64,000 nt of DNA, taken from assembly GCA_040218735.1 (NCBI GenBank), contig JAVJQW010000041.1, forward strand, positions 192,001 to 256,000. Direction: 5' to 3'. Below are positions 1-8,485 of the stretch, piece by piece. This stretch comes from Deltaproteobacteria bacterium (GTDB taxonomy: Bacteria > Myxococcota > Kuafuiibacteriia > Kuafuiibacteriales > Kuafuiibacteriaceae). Position 1 is the first letter of the stretch, and every line of letters starts with the position of its first letter. A model generated the notes under the pieces. That model saw only the letters and a list, made by a program, of their open reading frames with translations. It had not been told where the DNA came from and did no database searches. The translations under genes were made by a program, and so were the position numbers.

Positions 1-225
1 TGCTCCCGGACGCTGCGCTCAGCCCGGCGCGCTACCAGGCTGCACTCGACGATTATCCGGGCGTGGTCGCGTCGCCCCTCAGCGCGCTGCACGGCGCGGT
101 GCGCCTCGGCATTCGCGGACGTCTTGGATGAGGAGTCTCCCCCGTGGTCACGACCGAGCTCACGGCGCCGCCAGCGACCAATTTCTCACGGCGCCGAGCG
201 GCGCGTGGTATCTGAAGGATTGGCG

Positions 226-1425
226 ATGGCGGCGGCCTCCAAGCGACGGTCCTTCACCTGGCCGACGGTCCTCGTGACCGTGGTCGGCGCGGGGGTTTCG
301 TTGTTCGTGATGACGCGCCCCGAGCCGCCGATCGACGTGGAGGTGGTCCGCGTCCAGCGGGGCGCCGTGCAGGAGCTCGTGCCCGCCGCGGCCGCGGGGG
401 TCGTACAGGCGGAGCGGCGCGTCACGGTGCGAGCCGAGCTCGCCGGTACGGTGGCGGCAGTCGAGAAGCGCGCCGGTGAACGGGTGGAGGCCGGCGCGGT
501 GATCGTGCGCTTCTCCTCCGACGAGCTCGACGCGCGCGTCGCGCAGGCACGCGCGAATACCGACGCGGCGCAGGTGCTCGTCGAGGTCGCGGTCGATCGT
601 CAGGCGGTGACCGACCGGACGCTCGCTCGGAGCAAGAAACTCAAAGAACGTGGCGCGATCTCCGCGACGGATCTCGAACGTGTCGAAGCCGAGGCGCGCG
701 CGGCGAAGCTCGGTGTCGACAAGGCGAAGAGCGCGGTCGCGCAGGCGCGTGCGGCGGAGCGACTCGCGAGGGTCCTCCTGAAGCGGGCGACGGTGACCGC
801 GCCCTACGGCGGTGTGTTGCAGGAGGTGACCGCGGAGCTCGGCGTTCAGGTCGCGCCGGGGGCGCCGCTGTTCGATCTCATCGACGACACTCGCGTGATC
901 GTCGAGGTGCCGGTCGACGAGGCCGACATCCCGAAGGTCACCGTCGGGCAGACCGTGTTGATCCGCGTGAGCGGTCGCCGTGACGACCCGATCCGCGGCA
1001 AGGTCGACTTCATCCCACCCGCGATGGGGCGCTCGGCTTCGCCGTCGCTGGAGGCGACGCTCTCCGCACGCGACCGCGCGCTCTATGTGCACGTCGTGCC
1101 CGAGGATCCTTCCGGGCTGCGCGTGGGCGGCGCCGTCGACGCCGAGTTCCTCGTGCGCCGCCGCGACGACGTGCTGTGGATCCCCACGCAGGTCGTGATG
1201 GGGCGCGGGATGACACGCGCTGTCTACCGCGTCGAGGGCGAGCGCGCCCGCCGCGTCACCTTCGAGCCCGGCCTCACGAGCTGGGAGCGCACCGAGATCC
1301 TGAAGGGGCTCGAGGCCGGCGACGTCATCGTCAGCAGCCTCGACGACAAACGCCTCGAAGATCGCGCACGTGTCGCGTTCGACGCGCCGTCGAAGGACGC
1401 CCACGCGGAGTCGACGGCGCCGTGA
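226..1425 (+). CDS. Efflux transporter periplasmic adaptor (membrane fusion protein, MacA/HlyD-like)
   Basis: N-terminal TM (WPTVLVTVVGAGVSLFVM), lipoyl half-motifs (VRAELAGTVAAVEKRAGERVEAG; VTAPYGGVL), coiled-coil hairpin; ATG at 226 chosen over the ORF-track start. Confidence 0.9.
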   Translation: MAAASKRRSFTWPTVLVTVVGAGVSLFVMTRPEPPIDVEVVRVQRGAVQELVPAAAAGVVQAERRVTVRAELAGTVAAVEKRAGERVEAGAVIVRFSSDELDARVAQARANTDAAQVLVEVAVDRQAVTDRTLARSKKLKERGAISATDLERVEAEARAAKLGVDKAKSAVAQARAAERLARVLLKRATVTAPYGGVLQEVTAELGVQVAPGAPLFDLIDDTRVIVEVPVDEADIPKVTVGQTVLIRVSGRRDDPIRGKVDFIPPAMGRSASPSLEATLSARDRALYVHVVPEDPSGLRVGGAVDAEFLVRRRDDVLWIPTQVVMGRGMTRAVYRVEGERARRVTFEPGLTSWERTEILKGLEAGDVIVSSLDDKRLEDRARVAFDAPSKDAHAESTAP

Positions 1426-2120
1426 GCACGCCGGTGATCGCGCTGATGGGCGCGGCGCGGGTCTACGAGATGGGGGCCGAGCGCATCGAGGCCCTCCGGG
1501 GCGTCGACCTCGAAGTCGCCGCCGGGGAGTTCCTCGCGATCGTGGGGCCGTCGGGGAGCGGGAAGTCCACGCTGATGAACGTCATCGGCTGCCTCGACCG
1601 CGCGACGTCGGGGACGTACGCGATCGACGGCATCGACGTCCGCGACCTCGACGACGACGCGCTGGCGGACCTGCGCAACAAGAAGATCGGGTTCGTGTTC
1701 CAAAGCTTCAACCTACTCCCGCGGCAGACCGCGCTCGACAACGTGTCGCTCCCGCTTCGGTACGCGGGCGTGTCGCGCAAGGAGCGCCACCGCGCGGCGG
1801 AGCTCGCGCTGTCACGTGTGGATCTCGCCGACCGCCTCGACCACCGGCCCGACCAACTCTCCGGAGGGCAGAAGCAGCGGGTCGCGATCGCGCGCGCGCT
1901 GGTGACGAACCCGTCGTTGGTCCTCGCCGACGAACCCACCGGCGCGCTCGATCAGAAGACCGGCAACGAGATCATCGGTCTGTTCGAGCGTCTGAACGCC
2001 GACGGGGTGACGGTGCTGATCGTGACGCACGACCGGGACGTTGCGAAGAAGACCCGTCGCACGATCACGATCGTGGACGGGCGCATCGACTCCGACGAAC
2101 CCAACGTGGGGGCCGCGTGA
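1422..2120 (+). CDS. ABC transporter ATP-binding protein (MacB/LolD-like)
   Basis: Walker A GPSGSGKS, signature [15 protein letters not shown], Walker [12 protein letters not shown]-loop VTHD; GTG start overlaps upstream TGA. Confidence 0.95.
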   Translation: MSTPVIALMGAARVYEMGAERIEALRGVDLEVAAGEFLAIVGPSGSGKSTLMNVIGCLDRATSGTYAIDGIDVRDLDDDALADLRNKKIGFVFQSFNLLPRQTALDNVSLPLRYAGVSRKERHRAAELALSRVDLADRLDHRPDQLSGGQKQRVAIARALVTNPSLVLADEPTGALDQKTGNEIIGLFERLNADGVTVLIVTHDRDVAKKTRRTITIVDGRIDSDEPNVGAA

Positions 2121-3325
2121 GTCTGTTCGAGCACCTCTCGATCGCGTTCGATTCCATTCGAGCGAATCCGGTGCGAACGTTCCTCACCACGCTCGGGGTC
2201 TTGATCGGCGTCTTCTCGGTGATCCTGCTCGTCGGCCTCGGCGACGCCGTGCGCGCGTACGTGCTCGAGACGTTCGCGGGGGTGGGGTCGAACCTCCTGC
2301 AGATCAACGCGGGCCGCCAGGAGACGCGCGGGTTCCGACCGTCGTCGGGCACCACGAAGAACAAACTCACGATGCGCGACGTCGAGGTGCTCGAACGCCG
2401 CGGCTTCATGCTCGATGGGGTGTCGCCGATCGTGCTCGGCAGCGGCGAGCTCCGCGTGAGCGAGCTGCGGCGCAACGTCATCGTCATCGGCGTGGGGCCG
2501 GACTACGTCGACCTCCGCAACCTGGAGATCGGGCGTGGGCGGTTCATCGACGAGGACGACGTCGACCACTATCGTCGCAGCGTCGTCGTCGGCCAGACGA
2601 TCGTGCAGGAGCTCTTCGGCGACAAGACGAGCCCGCTCGGCCAGACGATCTACATCGCGTCGACGCCGTTCAGGATCGTCGGCATCACGAAGCGGAAGGG
2701 GAAGACGTTCGGCTTCGACATGGACGACCTCGCGTTCGTGCCCGCGACCGCCGCGCAGGATCTCTTCGACCTCGAGACGGTCACGCACATCCTCGCGCGC
2801 GCGAAGGATCGCAACACCGTGGACCCCGCGATCGCGGAGGTGAAGGACGTCCTCGCTGACGCGCGGGGCGGGGAGACCGACTTCACCGTCTTCAGTCAGG
2901 ACGACATGATGGACATGGTGAACAACATCATGGGCACGCTGACGTTCTTCCTCGGCGCCATCGCGTCCATCTCCCTGCTCGTCGGCGGCATCGGCATCAT
3001 GAACATCATGCTCGTGTCGGTGAAGGAGCGGACCCGAGAGATCGGCGTGCGCCGCGCCGTCGGCGCGCGCTGGGCGGACATCCTGCTGCAGTTCCTCGTG
3101 GAGGCCGTGGTCGTGTCGCTGATCGGAGGCCTGCTCGGCCTCCTCCTCGGCTTCGTCACCATCCGCATCGTCGCGCACTTCCAACCCGACCTCCCGGTCG
3201 CGCTGTCGCTGTCGAACGTCGCGATGGCGATCGGCTTCTCACTCGCGGTGGGTGTGCTGTCCGGCGTGTTCCCGGCCCTGCGCGCCGCGGACCTCGATCC
3301 GGTCGACGCGCTCCGCTACGAATAA
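2117..3325 (+). CDS. ABC transporter permease (MacB/FtsX family)
   Basis: RTFLTTLGVLIGV TM1, periplasmic domain, GGIGIMNIMLVSVKERTREIGVRRAVGA motif, C-terminal PALRAADLDPVDALRYE; GTGA overlap. Confidence 0.95.
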   Translation: MSLFEHLSIAFDSIRANPVRTFLTTLGVLIGVFSVILLVGLGDAVRAYVLETFAGVGSNLLQINAGRQETRGFRPSSGTTKNKLTMRDVEVLERRGFMLDGVSPIVLGSGELRVSELRRNVIVIGVGPDYVDLRNLEIGRGRFIDEDDVDHYRRSVVVGQTIVQELFGDKTSPLGQTIYIASTPFRIVGITKRKGKTFGFDMDDLAFVPATAAQDLFDLETVTHILARAKDRNTVDPAIAEVKDVLADARGGETDFTVFSQDDMMDMVNNIMGTLTFFLGAIASISLLVGGIGIMNIMLVSVKERTREIGVRRAVGARWADILLQFLVEAVVVSLIGGLLGLLLGFVTIRIVAHFQPDLPVALSLSNVAMAIGFSLAVGVLSGVFPALRAADLDPVDALRYE

Positions 3326-3327
3326 GC

Positions 3328-4065
3328 TCAGGGCACTGTCACCGCGATCGTCGTGCCCGCGCGGCCTGCGACGCGCGCGCGGAGGAGGAGCAGGTCGTCC
3401 GAGAAGCCGACGATCTCGGCGTTGAAGGAGCCGTCGTCGAGCGCCTGGTGCAGCGTGAAGTCGGCGTCGCGTTCGATCATCTGGTGGCGGAAGACCTCGA
3501 TCCCCGCGGATCCGGGGGCCGTTCCGGCGGATCCTTCGATCCGCACGACGCCGAGCTCGGGCACGCTCACGGTCACGCCGGCCGCGTCGAGCGGCTCGGG
3601 GCGGTTCGGCGTGCGCGCGACGGCCAGGAACGAGGCTTCCCAGTGGCGCGAGCCGCTCGAGGTCTGCACGAAGCCGACGATCTCGTTCGCCAAGCCGTCC
3701 GTCGGTTTGGCGTCGAAGGCGTTGCCGCCGATGCCGTCGACGACGTCGATCCGATCCGTCCACACCGCGCCGCTCGTCGGCATGAAGGTGATGCGCCCGT
3801 CGACCGACTCGAACGAACCCATCAGATCGATCGACGGCGTCGTGCCCTCGGTGCGTCGCAGCGTCGCGCGCGCCTGACCACCCGAGTCGACGACCTGCTC
3901 GAGCGTGAGCGTGAACGGGTCCTGCGCGGTGACACTGAGACGATCGGTGAACGTGCGACGCACGCCCGACAGATCGTAGGTCTCGGCGAGGGTCAGCGCG
4001 CGGAGGGTCGGCGGCTCACTGCCGCACCCGGCGAGCACCAACGCGAGCGCTGCGAGCCGCTTCAT
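3328..4065 (-). CDS. Hypothetical lipoprotein
   Basis: Signal peptide with lipobox MKRLAALALVLAG-C; start overlaps stop of upstream gene. Confidence 0.75.
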   Translation of the reverse strand: MKRLAALALVLAGCGSEPPTLRALTLAETYDLSGVRRTFTDRLSVTAQDPFTLTLEQVVDSGGQARATLRRTEGTTPSIDLMGSFESVDGRITFMPTSGAVWTDRIDVVDGIGGNAFDAKPTDGLANEIVGFVQTSSGSRHWEASFLAVARTPNRPEPLDAAGVTVSVPELGVVRIEGSAGTAPGSAGIEVFRHQMIERDADFTLHQALDDGSFNAEIVGFSDDLLLLRARVAGRAGTTIAVTVP

Positions 4066-4898
4066 CACTCCGCGCAATACATGAACGGCGGGTTCGCGAC
4101 ACTCCCTGCGCACTGCGCCGGGGCGGTGCAGTCGGGGTTCGTCTCGCAGTACTGCCGGCAGAAGGCCGTGCCCTCGCTGGTGCGTACACACGCGAGACCG
4201 CGGTCGCAGCGTGGGTTTCCGGTGGTGCAGAGGTCGCCCGCCTGCCCGGTGCCGCGCTCGTGGCAACGGAACTCCCAGGTGCCGTCGCGACGCACCCACG
4301 GCTGGCACGCCTGGGTGTTGTCGCAGCCGACCTGCGTGTACGGGTTGCACAGCGGCGGGAGCTCGGAGCACGCGCCCCAGTTCGAACCGGAGATACGCGT
4401 GTTGCAGTCGAAGTCGGCGCCGAGCGACTCACACCCGACGGCGGTCGCGACGTCGCACACCTGCGCGCACGTCGACACGGTCGACGTGGAAGACTGAAGA
4501 ACACACGCGAGGCCCGGCTCGCACTCGCGGCCCATGCATTCCTCGCCGAAGCCGGCCTCGTTCGGTCCGCGGGAGACGCACCGGGTGCCGGCCGCGGTGT
4601 TCGGGCCTTCGACGACACACTTGGTGCCGGCGCCGGTGCAGTCCTGCTGAACGGGATCGCACTGGTCCTGGGGCGTTCCAGCGTCGCGGCCGACCGATCC
4701 GTCGCGCGCGTTCACGCCGCCGTCCAACGCGGCCCCGCCGTCCGCGAAGGCGGACCCTGCGTCGCGGTTCACGTTGACCGCGGCGTCGCGGCTGATGAGC
4801 CCCGGGGGTTCGGAATCGTCGCAGCCGACGCCGACCAGGGCGGCGCCCAGGACGAGCGGTGCGAGCAGCCGGGTTGCCGCCATCGACGCCATATTCAC
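4065..4898 (-). CDS. Cys-rich myxobacterial-type lipoprotein
   Basis: Lipobox LVGVG-C, RDAG/DGG linker, two Cys-rich repeats (CDPVQQDC..; CNPYTQVGC..; C..GLACV); start may be ATG 4883. Confidence 0.8.
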   Translation of the reverse strand: MNMASMAATRLLAPLVLGAALVGVGCDDSEPPGLISRDAAVNVNRDAGSAFADGGAALDGGVNARDGSVGRDAGTPQDQCDPVQQDCTGAGTKCVVEGPNTAAGTRCVSRGPNEAGFGEECMGRECEPGLACVLQSSTSTVSTCAQVCDVATAVGCESLGADFDCNTRISGSNWGACSELPPLCNPYTQVGCDNTQACQPWVRRDGTWEFRCHERGTGQAGDLCTTGNPRCDRGLACVRTSEGTAFCRQYCETNPDCTAPAQCAGSVANPPFMYCAE

Positions 4899-5002
4899 TC
4901 TATACCGGCGAGAACGCCATCGGGCGAGTCTGTCGTCGCGTACCCGGCGTCACTGAACCGTCGCGCATCGCCGGCTCGACGATCGGATCGGATGATGTTT
5001 GA

Positions 5003-5836
5003 ATGCGGTCCGTCGTGAACACCAGCCTCGACGCCCTCAACGACCTCGTGGACGGATACGGGGAGGACCTCCCGCTCGATCGGGCCCTGCTCGCGATTGC
5101 GATGGAGGAATACCCGAAGATCAACGCGCGCCACTACCTCGGTGCGCTCGACGACCTCGCGGACCGCGCCCTCGAACGCGCGGAGCGCACCGGACGTCAC
5201 CAGTCGGCGCTGGCGCAGACGCTCTTCGCGGAGGCCAAGTTCCGCGGCAACGGCGAGAACTACTACGACCCCAAGAACAGCCTCCTGAACGTGGTGATCG
5301 ACCGCCGCGTCGGCATCCCGATCACGCTGTCGATCGTCTACATCGAGGTCGCGCGTCGCACCGGGAGCCGGGCGATGGGCATCGGCTTCCCTGGGCACTT
5401 CCTGGTGCAGCACGAGGTCGACGGGCACAAGCTGCTGATCGACCCGTTCGACTGCGGCAGCGTCCTCGACGTCACCGACTGCGAGCGCATCCTGAACGGG
5501 CTGTCGACCGCGCCGAAGGAGCTCGAGCCGTGGATGCTCGCGCCGTCGTCCCCGCGCGCGATCGTCGCGCGGGTGCTGACGAACCTGAAACACGCCTACC
5601 TCCTCGAGAAGGACTTCATCGGCGCCGTGAAGGCGATCGATCGCCTCCTCGTGGTGGATCCGGATCGCGAAACCGAACGCCGGGATCGCGGTCTGCTCTA
5701 CGCCGAGCTCGGGATGGCGAAGTCCGCGATCGTCGACCTCGAGCAGTACCTCGAGACCGCGCTCCCGGGGCCGGAGGAGGAGGCCATCTCGGCGCTCATC
5801 CCCACCCTGCGGGCCGCGTCGCGCCGGCTGAACTGA
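5003..5836 (+). CDS. SirB1/YchA-family transglutaminase-like protein with TPR
   Basis: FRGNGENYYDPKNSLLNVVIDRRVGIPITLSIVYIEVARR, GIGFPGHFLV, IDPF, ERRDRGLLY motifs. Confidence 0.9.
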   Translation: MRSVVNTSLDALNDLVDGYGEDLPLDRALLAIAMEEYPKINARHYLGALDDLADRALERAERTGRHQSALAQTLFAEAKFRGNGENYYDPKNSLLNVVIDRRVGIPITLSIVYIEVARRTGSRAMGIGFPGHFLVQHEVDGHKLLIDPFDCGSVLDVTDCERILNGLSTAPKELEPWMLAPSSPRAIVARVLTNLKHAYLLEKDFIGAVKAIDRLLVVDPDRETERRDRGLLYAELGMAKSAIVDLEQYLETALPGPEEEAISALIPTLRAASRRLN

Positions 5837-5837
5837 C

Positions 5838-6170
5838 GTGCCCGACCTCCGCGTCGAGGGCCTCGCCCCGGGCGAGGTGCGGGTCGTGCCGTACCCCGCC
5901 GGGACCCCGCCGCGCCGGAGCATCATCGTGGTCGACACGCCCTTCGGCGTGCGGGCCTACTGGAACGTCTGCAAACACCTCCCCATCCCGCTCGACGCGG
6001 GCGCCGGCCAGATCCCGCGTGACGAGGCGGGCCGGCTGGTCTGCGCGACCCACGGTGCGGCGTTCGTCGAGGGCACCGGCGCGTGCACGGAGGGGCCCTG
6101 CGAAGGGGAGCACCTCGACGCGCTCGAGATCGAGCCCGACGGGGACGCCTGGACCGTCCGGATCCCCTGA
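5838..6170 (+). CDS. Rieske [2Fe-2S] ferredoxin-domain protein
   Basis: CxH (CKHL) and CxxH (CATHGAAF) Rieske ligands, G.C..GPC.G..L motif. Confidence 0.88.
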   Translation: MPDLRVEGLAPGEVRVVPYPAGTPPRRSIIVVDTPFGVRAYWNVCKHLPIPLDAGAGQIPRDEAGRLVCATHGAAFVEGTGACTEGPCEGEHLDALEIEPDGDAWTVRIP

Positions 6171-6183
6171 CCGGATCCCCTGA
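6158..6183 (+). repeat. 13-bp perfect tandem duplication CCGGATCCCCTGA x2 spanning the Rieske stop codon
   Basis: Read directly: 6158-6170 and 6171-6183, followed by partial CGGTTCCCC. Confidence 0.85.
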
Positions 6184-6198
6184 CGGTTCCCCGGGGCG

Positions 6199-6726
6199 TT
6201 AGTTGGAGAAGTCCGGCTCGTCCTCGCCGCCGCCGTCTTCGTCGTCGTCGCCTTCCTCCGAGAAGTTCGAGCTCTGGTGGAGGATCATCCGCCACTGGCC
6301 GTCGAAGTGCTCGAAGATGTTGGTGGTGACGACCGAGGCGGCGAAGGCGTCGCCTTCCTCGGTGACGATGCGGACGTGGGCGACGAGGTTCACCCAGGCT
6401 GAGCGGCCCGCGACCTCCACGTGCACGTCCTCGAGCTCGAACTCGATGGCGTCGATCGTGCGGAAGATCTCCGACCAGCTCTGGCGGATCTCCTGCCAGC
6501 CCACCACGAGCTCCCAGCCCGGGTGGACGCACCGCGCGTGGGGGGAGGGCGACCACACCCCGGCCATGCGATCCACGTCGAGGTGGGTGAACGCCTCGTA
6601 GAAGGCGAGGTTCGCCTCTTCGACTCGGGCCAGCTCGCGCGTCAGCGACGTGAGCCCGCCCGTGTCGGTCGGATCCTCGGACACCCCCGAGACGAAGGCC
6701 ACCGCGGAGTCGTGTTGCTTGCTCAT
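6199..6726 (-). CDS. SnoaL/NTF2-like family protein
   Basis: ANLAFYEAF..LD...MAGVW, CVHPGWELVVGWQEIRQSW, TNIFE...GQWRMILHQSS; ATG at 6726; acidic tail. Confidence 0.88.
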   Translation of the reverse strand: MSKQHDSAVAFVSGVSEDPTDTGGLTSLTRELARVEEANLAFYEAFTHLDVDRMAGVWSPSPHARCVHPGWELVVGWQEIRQSWSEIFRTIDAIEFELEDVHVEVAGRSAWVNLVAHVRIVTEEGDAFAASVVTTNIFEHFDGQWRMILHQSSNFSEEGDDDEDGGGEDEPDFSN

Positions 6727-6756
6727 GGCTGCTTCTGAAGTTACCACGGAACCCGC

Positions 6757-7260
6757 TTGGAACATTCCAGCTCGCGTCGAATCCGCCCGGAGGCGATCCG
6801 CTTCTGGGTAGCCCCGCTGGCCCTCGTGTTCTGCGCCACAGGGTGCAAGGACGCCAACGATCCCGACACCGTAGCCAGCGGCTTCGTCGACGCCTACTAC
6901 ATCGAGTTCGACCACGCCCGGGCCAAGACCTTCACCTACGGAGGCGCACTGCGTCGCATCGAGGAGGAGGCCAAGCTCGTCGACTTCGCGCGGAAGAAGA
7001 CCGCCATCCAGGAGGCCAAGGCCCGGGTCTACTACGGCGACCCGGAGCGTCGCGCGATCGGCGACGACAAGGTGCACTACCGCTACGTGCTCGACGTCCG
7101 CCGGGGCCCCGAGCGCTTCGAGACCCCGACCGTGATCCTCGTCGCCAAACGCGACGGTGAATGGCGCGTCATTCAGTTCCACGAGGGGGGCGCCCCGCGT
7201 CCAGGAGTTGGCGACCGGCGCGGCGATGTAGCAACATCGACGCGTACGGGCGCGCCATGA
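6757..7260 (+). CDS. Hypothetical lipoprotein (possibly NTF2-like)
   Basis: Hydrophobic signal then ATG-C lipobox-like motif; C-terminal KRDGEWRV strand; start uncertain. Confidence 0.65.
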   Translation: MEHSSSRRIRPEAIRFWVAPLALVFCATGCKDANDPDTVASGFVDAYYIEFDHARAKTFTYGGALRRIEEEAKLVDFARKKTAIQEAKARVYYGDPERRAIGDDKVHYRYVLDVRRGPERFETPTVILVAKRDGEWRVIQFHEGGAPRPGVGDRRGDVATSTRTGAP

Positions 7261-7700
7261 AGGTCATCCTCGAGCTCGAGAAGGGACCCCACGCCGGACA
7301 GCGCTACGAGCTGTCGACCAAGGCGTATCGTGCGATCGGGCGCAGCGGCGACGGCTCCGCGACCGTCCAGTTCACCAAGGGCGGCGACCAAGTCCTCGAC
7401 GCCGAAGACCTCGCCCTCATCGAAGAACACCTCGCGCGCCGCCCGTCGGCCGCGCGCGAAGGCGCCGCGGATCTGAGGTCCGACAACTTCACGCGCGGCC
7501 GGGACATCCTGCTGCCCGACGCGAAGATATCGAGGACCCACGCGATGTGTTTCCTCGACGAACACGGCCCCTCGATCGTCGATCTCTGCTCCACCAACGG
7601 CACGATGGTGAACGGCGAGCAGGTGGACGACGCGGACCTCGTCGACGGCGACATCGTCAACGTCGGCAAGACGCGTTTCGTCGTACGCGTCCTCCCTTGA
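7257..7700 (+). CDS. FHA domain protein
   Basis: IGR, ISRTHA and DLCSTNGT.VNG FHA motifs; ATGA overlap with upstream gene. Confidence 0.88.
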   Translation: MKVILELEKGPHAGQRYELSTKAYRAIGRSGDGSATVQFTKGGDQVLDAEDLALIEEHLARRPSAAREGAADLRSDNFTRGRDILLPDAKISRTHAMCFLDEHGPSIVDLCSTNGTMVNGEQVDDADLVDGDIVNVGKTRFVVRVLP

Positions 7701-7735
7701 CCGGCGCTGGACCTCGCACCGAAAACGTCAGCACC

Positions 7736-8485
7736 GTGTCGGACGCCAAGCCGCGCCTCGCCATCCTGCGCACCGGGAGCGCCCCCGACACCGTGCAGGC
7801 CGCGCACGGTGACTACGTCGACATGTTTCGGGAGCGCTGCGCGAACGACCAGATCGAGATCGAGATCTACGACGCGGTCGCCGAGCAGCTCCCCGATCGC
7901 TGCGACCTCGCGCTGATCACCGGCTCGCCCGCGTCGGTCACCGAGGTCGAGCCGTGGGTCGACAGACTCGCCGCGTGGTCCAACGACGCGATGTCCAAGA
8001 ACGTCCCGCTGCTCGGCGTGTGTTACGGCCACCAGCTGATCGCCTACGCGCAGGGCGGCGCGGTCGAAGTGAACCCGCGCGGCTACGAGATCGGCAGCGT
8101 CCCCATCGCGCTCACCGACGCCGGTCGCGCCGACCCGCTCCTCGGCGGCCTCGGCGACGACCTGTGGTTTCAGGCGGTGCACGGCGACGCGGTGACCAAG
8201 ATGCCCGACGACGCCGTGCTCCTCGCTTCGAACGAGGTCGCGCCGGTGCAGGCGTTCTCGATGGGCGACCGCACGTGGTGCGTGCAGTTCCACCCGGAGT
8301 TCTCCGCGGGGTGCGTCGCGATGTACGTCGACGCACGCGAAGCGGTGATTCGTCGCCGCGCCGAAGCGCTGGGTAAGGACCCGGACGAGGCGGTGCGCGC
8401 CGCCGCCGCGAGTGTGCGCGACACACCCGCCGGTCCGGCGCTGCTGTCGCGCTGGGTCGACCTCGCGCTGGAGCGCATCGGATGA
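7736..8485 (+). CDS. Class I glutamine amidotransferase (GMP synthase-like, stand-alone)
   Basis: ITGSPASV, PLLGVCYGHQL nucleophile Cys, VQFHPE His-Glu. Confidence 0.9.
   Translation: MSDAKPRLAILRTGSAPDTVQAAHGDYVDMFRERCANDQIEIEIYDAVAEQLPDRCDLALITGSPASVTEVEPWVDRLAAWSNDAMSKNVPLLGVCYGHQLIAYAQGGAVEVNPRGYEIGSVPIALTDAGRADPLLGGLGDDLWFQAVHGDAVTKMPDDAVLLASNEVAPVQAFSMGDRTWCVQFHPEFSAGCVAMYVDAREAVIRRRAEALGKDPDEAVRAAAASVRDTPAGPALLSRWVDLALERIG

Noticed and set aside
1-225. Possible 3' end of a gene (frame +3, stop at about 131) or an N-terminal extension of the adaptor gene from 124
   Set aside because: No recognisable motif and too short to call; the 124-225 extension precedes a better ATG with an upstream AAGGA
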